64,000 nucleotides of DNA, from the NCBI GenBank assembly GCA_023266095.1, contig JAHFRV010000001.1, positions 64,110 through 128,109 of the forward strand. The letters run 5' to 3'. A program made the translations under genes and the position numbers. Position 1 is the stretch's first letter; every line of letters starts with the position of its first letter. Positions 62,278 through 64,000 of this stretch are shown here, in pieces. The DNA comes from Gammaproteobacteria bacterium. Lineage in GTDB: Bacteria > Pseudomonadota > Gammaproteobacteria > DRLM01. Below the pieces are notes generated by a model. The model was given only the letters and a program-made list of their open reading frames with translations. It searched no databases and had not been told where the DNA came from.

Positions 62278-63312
62278 TCAGGTCAAAACCGTCCCCATCA
62301 GCCCGCCGATCAAATAGGTGGCCAGGCCCGCCGCGCCGCCGATCAGCACCATCCGCAACCCGCTCCACCACGCCCCCTTGCCGGTGAACAGGCTAAGGGT
62401 CGCGCCTACGGCGAACAAGGCGGCGCCGGTCACCACCACGATGGCCGTCAGCAAATAAGGCCCCGGCCCGAACAGAAACGGGATCAGCGGCACCATGCCG
62501 CCCACCGCGAAGGCGGCGAAAGACGAGATCGCCGCGCCCCACGGTGAGCCCAGTTCATCTGGGTTCAGACCCAACTCCTCGCGGGCCAGGGTATCGAGGG
62601 CCTGTTCAGGATTCTTCATCAAGCCCGCGGCGACCTCATCCGCCTGCACTTTGGTCAGGCCGCGCGCCTTATAGATCAGCGCCAGCTCTTCTTGCTCCTC
62701 GATGGGATATTCTTCCAGCTCTTCGCGCTCAAGAGCGATCTGATATTCGAACAGCTCGCGCTGGGAACGCATGGAGACGTATTCCCCCGCCGCCATGGAA
62801 AAGGCCCCGGCCAGCAGACCGGCGATACCGGTGAGTAGCACAACCTTGGGTTCCTGAGTGGCACCCGCCACCCCCATGATCAAAGCGGCGTTCGACACCA
62901 AACCATCATTAACCCCGAACACGGCAGCGCGCAGATTGCCGCCCGCCTCCACGCCCTGGTGGCGATGCCCGAGCTCGCTGAGCGAGGTGGGCATAGGGTG
63001 GCCGCCGTGCACCGGCCCGCCGCGGTACACCGACATGCCACGCACTTTCATCGCCACCAACACTGGCCGCAGCGCATGGGGACCCATAATGCGGATCAAC
63101 CACGCCACCAGCCGCGCGCGCAGGCCAGGATGAAATTCGGGTACCTTTCCGCCGGCCCGCTCGATCTGCTGCTGCCAGATGCGGGCCTGAGCCTCGGCCA
63201 TGTCGGCCAGCTCGGCGAACAAGGTGCTTTTGACGGGGTCGGGCTCGGCCCGGGTGACGAGGCGGTATAACCAGGCCGATTGCTTTTCTTCGAACCAATT
63301 TTTTATGGACAT
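62278..63312 (-). CDS. VIT1/CCC1-family iron/manganese transporter with N-terminal cytoplasmic helical domain
   Basis: C-terminal polytopic region ...GVNDGLVSNAALIMGVAGA... typical of VIT family. Confidence 0.65.
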   Translation of the reverse strand: MSIKNWFEEKQSAWLYRLVTRAEPDPVKSTLFAELADMAEAQARIWQQQIERAGGKVPEFHPGLRARLVAWLIRIMGPHALRPVLVAMKVRGMSVYRGGPVHGGHPMPTSLSELGHRHQGVEAGGNLRAAVFGVNDGLVSNAALIMGVAGATQEPKVVLLTGIAGLLAGAFSMAAGEYVSMRSQRELFEYQIALEREELEEYPIEEQEELALIYKARGLTKVQADEVAAGLMKNPEQALDTLAREELGLNPDELGSPWGAAISSFAAFAVGGMVPLIPFLFGPGPYLLTAIVVVTGAALFAVGATLSLFTGKGAWWSGLRMVLIGGAAGLATYLIGGLMGTVLT

Positions 63313-63336
63313 AGTGATTTCCGTGTACGGACCCGC

Positions 63337-64000
63337 TCAGGCCGGCAGCGCCGTGACCTCGGTCAGCGGCCAGCGCGGCCAGGCGGTGAAGGCCAAGGGT
63401 TCGACTTGACCGGCGCGTAAGCGTTGATAACCGGCATAGGCGATCATCGCGCCATTGTCGGTACAAAACTCCAGGCGCGGATAATACACCGTCGCGCCGA
63501 GGGGCAACGCCATTTCGCGCAAACGCGCCCGTAAGCGCCGGTTGGCGCTCACCCCGCCGGCGACGACTAGACGCGTCAAGCCGGTCTCCTCGAGGGCACG
63601 CCGGCATTTGATGGCGAGGGTATCCACCACGGCGTCCTCGAAGGCGCGGGCGATGTCGGCGCGGGTCTGCTCATCGGCCAGCGGCGCGGCCCGCAACGTG
63701 GTAAGCGCGTGGGTCTTGAGCCCGCTGAAGCTGAACTCCAAACCCGGCCGGTTGACCATGGGCCGCGGGAAGTGAAACCGTGCCGGGTCGCCGTGTTCGG
63801 CGAGCTGGGCCAAGGCCGGCCCGCCGGGATAACCCAGCCCCAACAACTTGGCGGTCTTGTCGAAGGCCTCCCCCGCGGCGTCGTCGAGGGTGTCGCCGAG
63901 CAAGGCATAACGCCCCACGCCGTCCACTCGCATTAATTGGGTATGGCCGCCGGACACCAGCAAGGCGACGAAAGGAAAGGCCGGCGGATCGTCTTCCAGC
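63337..64000 (-). CDS. tsaD: tRNA N6-adenosine threonylcarbamoyltransferase TsaD (Gcp/Kae1), N-terminus beyond window end
   Basis: ...[30 protein letters not shown]...; reading frame continues to position 64000. Confidence 0.9.
   Translation of the reverse strand, partial: LEDDPPAFPFVALLVSGGHTQLMRVDGVGRYALLGDTLDDAAGEAFDKTAKLLGLGYPGGPALAQLAEHGDPARFHFPRPMVNRPGLEFSFSGLKTHALTTLRAAPLADEQTRADIARAFEDAVVDTLAIKCRRALEETGLTRLVVAGGVSANRRLRARLREMALPLGATVYYPRLEFCTDNGAMIAYAGYQRLRAGQVEPLAFTAWPRWPLTEVTALPA

Overview
High-GC gammaproteobacterial chromosomal segment. The housekeeping backbone has Pseudomonas-like synteny: pilU | groESL-fxsA | cutA-dsbD-tlpA-like | aroQ-accB-accC-prmA-DUF3426-dusB-fis-purH ... 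purD-yrdC/tsaC ... hemF-ccp | apaH | dtd-pip | bipA | VIT | tsaD. It is interrupted by two accessory regions. Region 1 (about 14.7-24.7 kb) is a ~10 kb insertion splitting the normally adjacent purH/purD. It carries a 921-aa lipoprotein of unknown function, a small membrane protein, an ncgABC-nirK-like operon (two-domain multicopper oxidase, dihaem cytochrome c, monohaem cytochrome c, copper nitrite reductase) preceded by a sigma70 promoter and an NsrR-like operator half-site, and an 872-aa SBBP beta-propeller repeat surface protein. Region 2 (about 26.7-53.8 kb) is an H1-type type VI secretion island with every gene on the minus strand: tssJ-tssK-tssL(OmpA-fused)-tssM-tagF-pppA-[89 aa]-tssA-tssB-tssC-hcp-tagJ-tssE-tssF-tssG-clpV. 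It is bracketed by IS110- and IS5-family transposase remnants and has no vgrG, PAAR, fha or ppkA inside the window. Five AT-richer two-gene cassettes sit in core-gene junctions, each a small signal-peptide-less candidate effector followed by a candidate immunity gene: GH24 lysozyme + LprI/DUF1311; Tae4-like amidase + lipoprotein; Tlde1/DUF2778 L,D-transpeptidase-like + 2-TM protein; an amber-interrupted His-before-Cys papain-like candidate + lipoprotein; and a Tse2/Tsi2-like pair next to clpV. The lysozyme cassette is flanked by a ~205-bp direct duplication of the tagJ-3'/tssE-5' junction, which looks like a recombination scar of cassette insertion. groESL carries a CIRCE (HrcA) operator plus a sigma32-like promoter. 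No rRNA, tRNA or CRISPR array was recognised. All functional calls come from motif and family recognition by eye; no database search or alignment was run.
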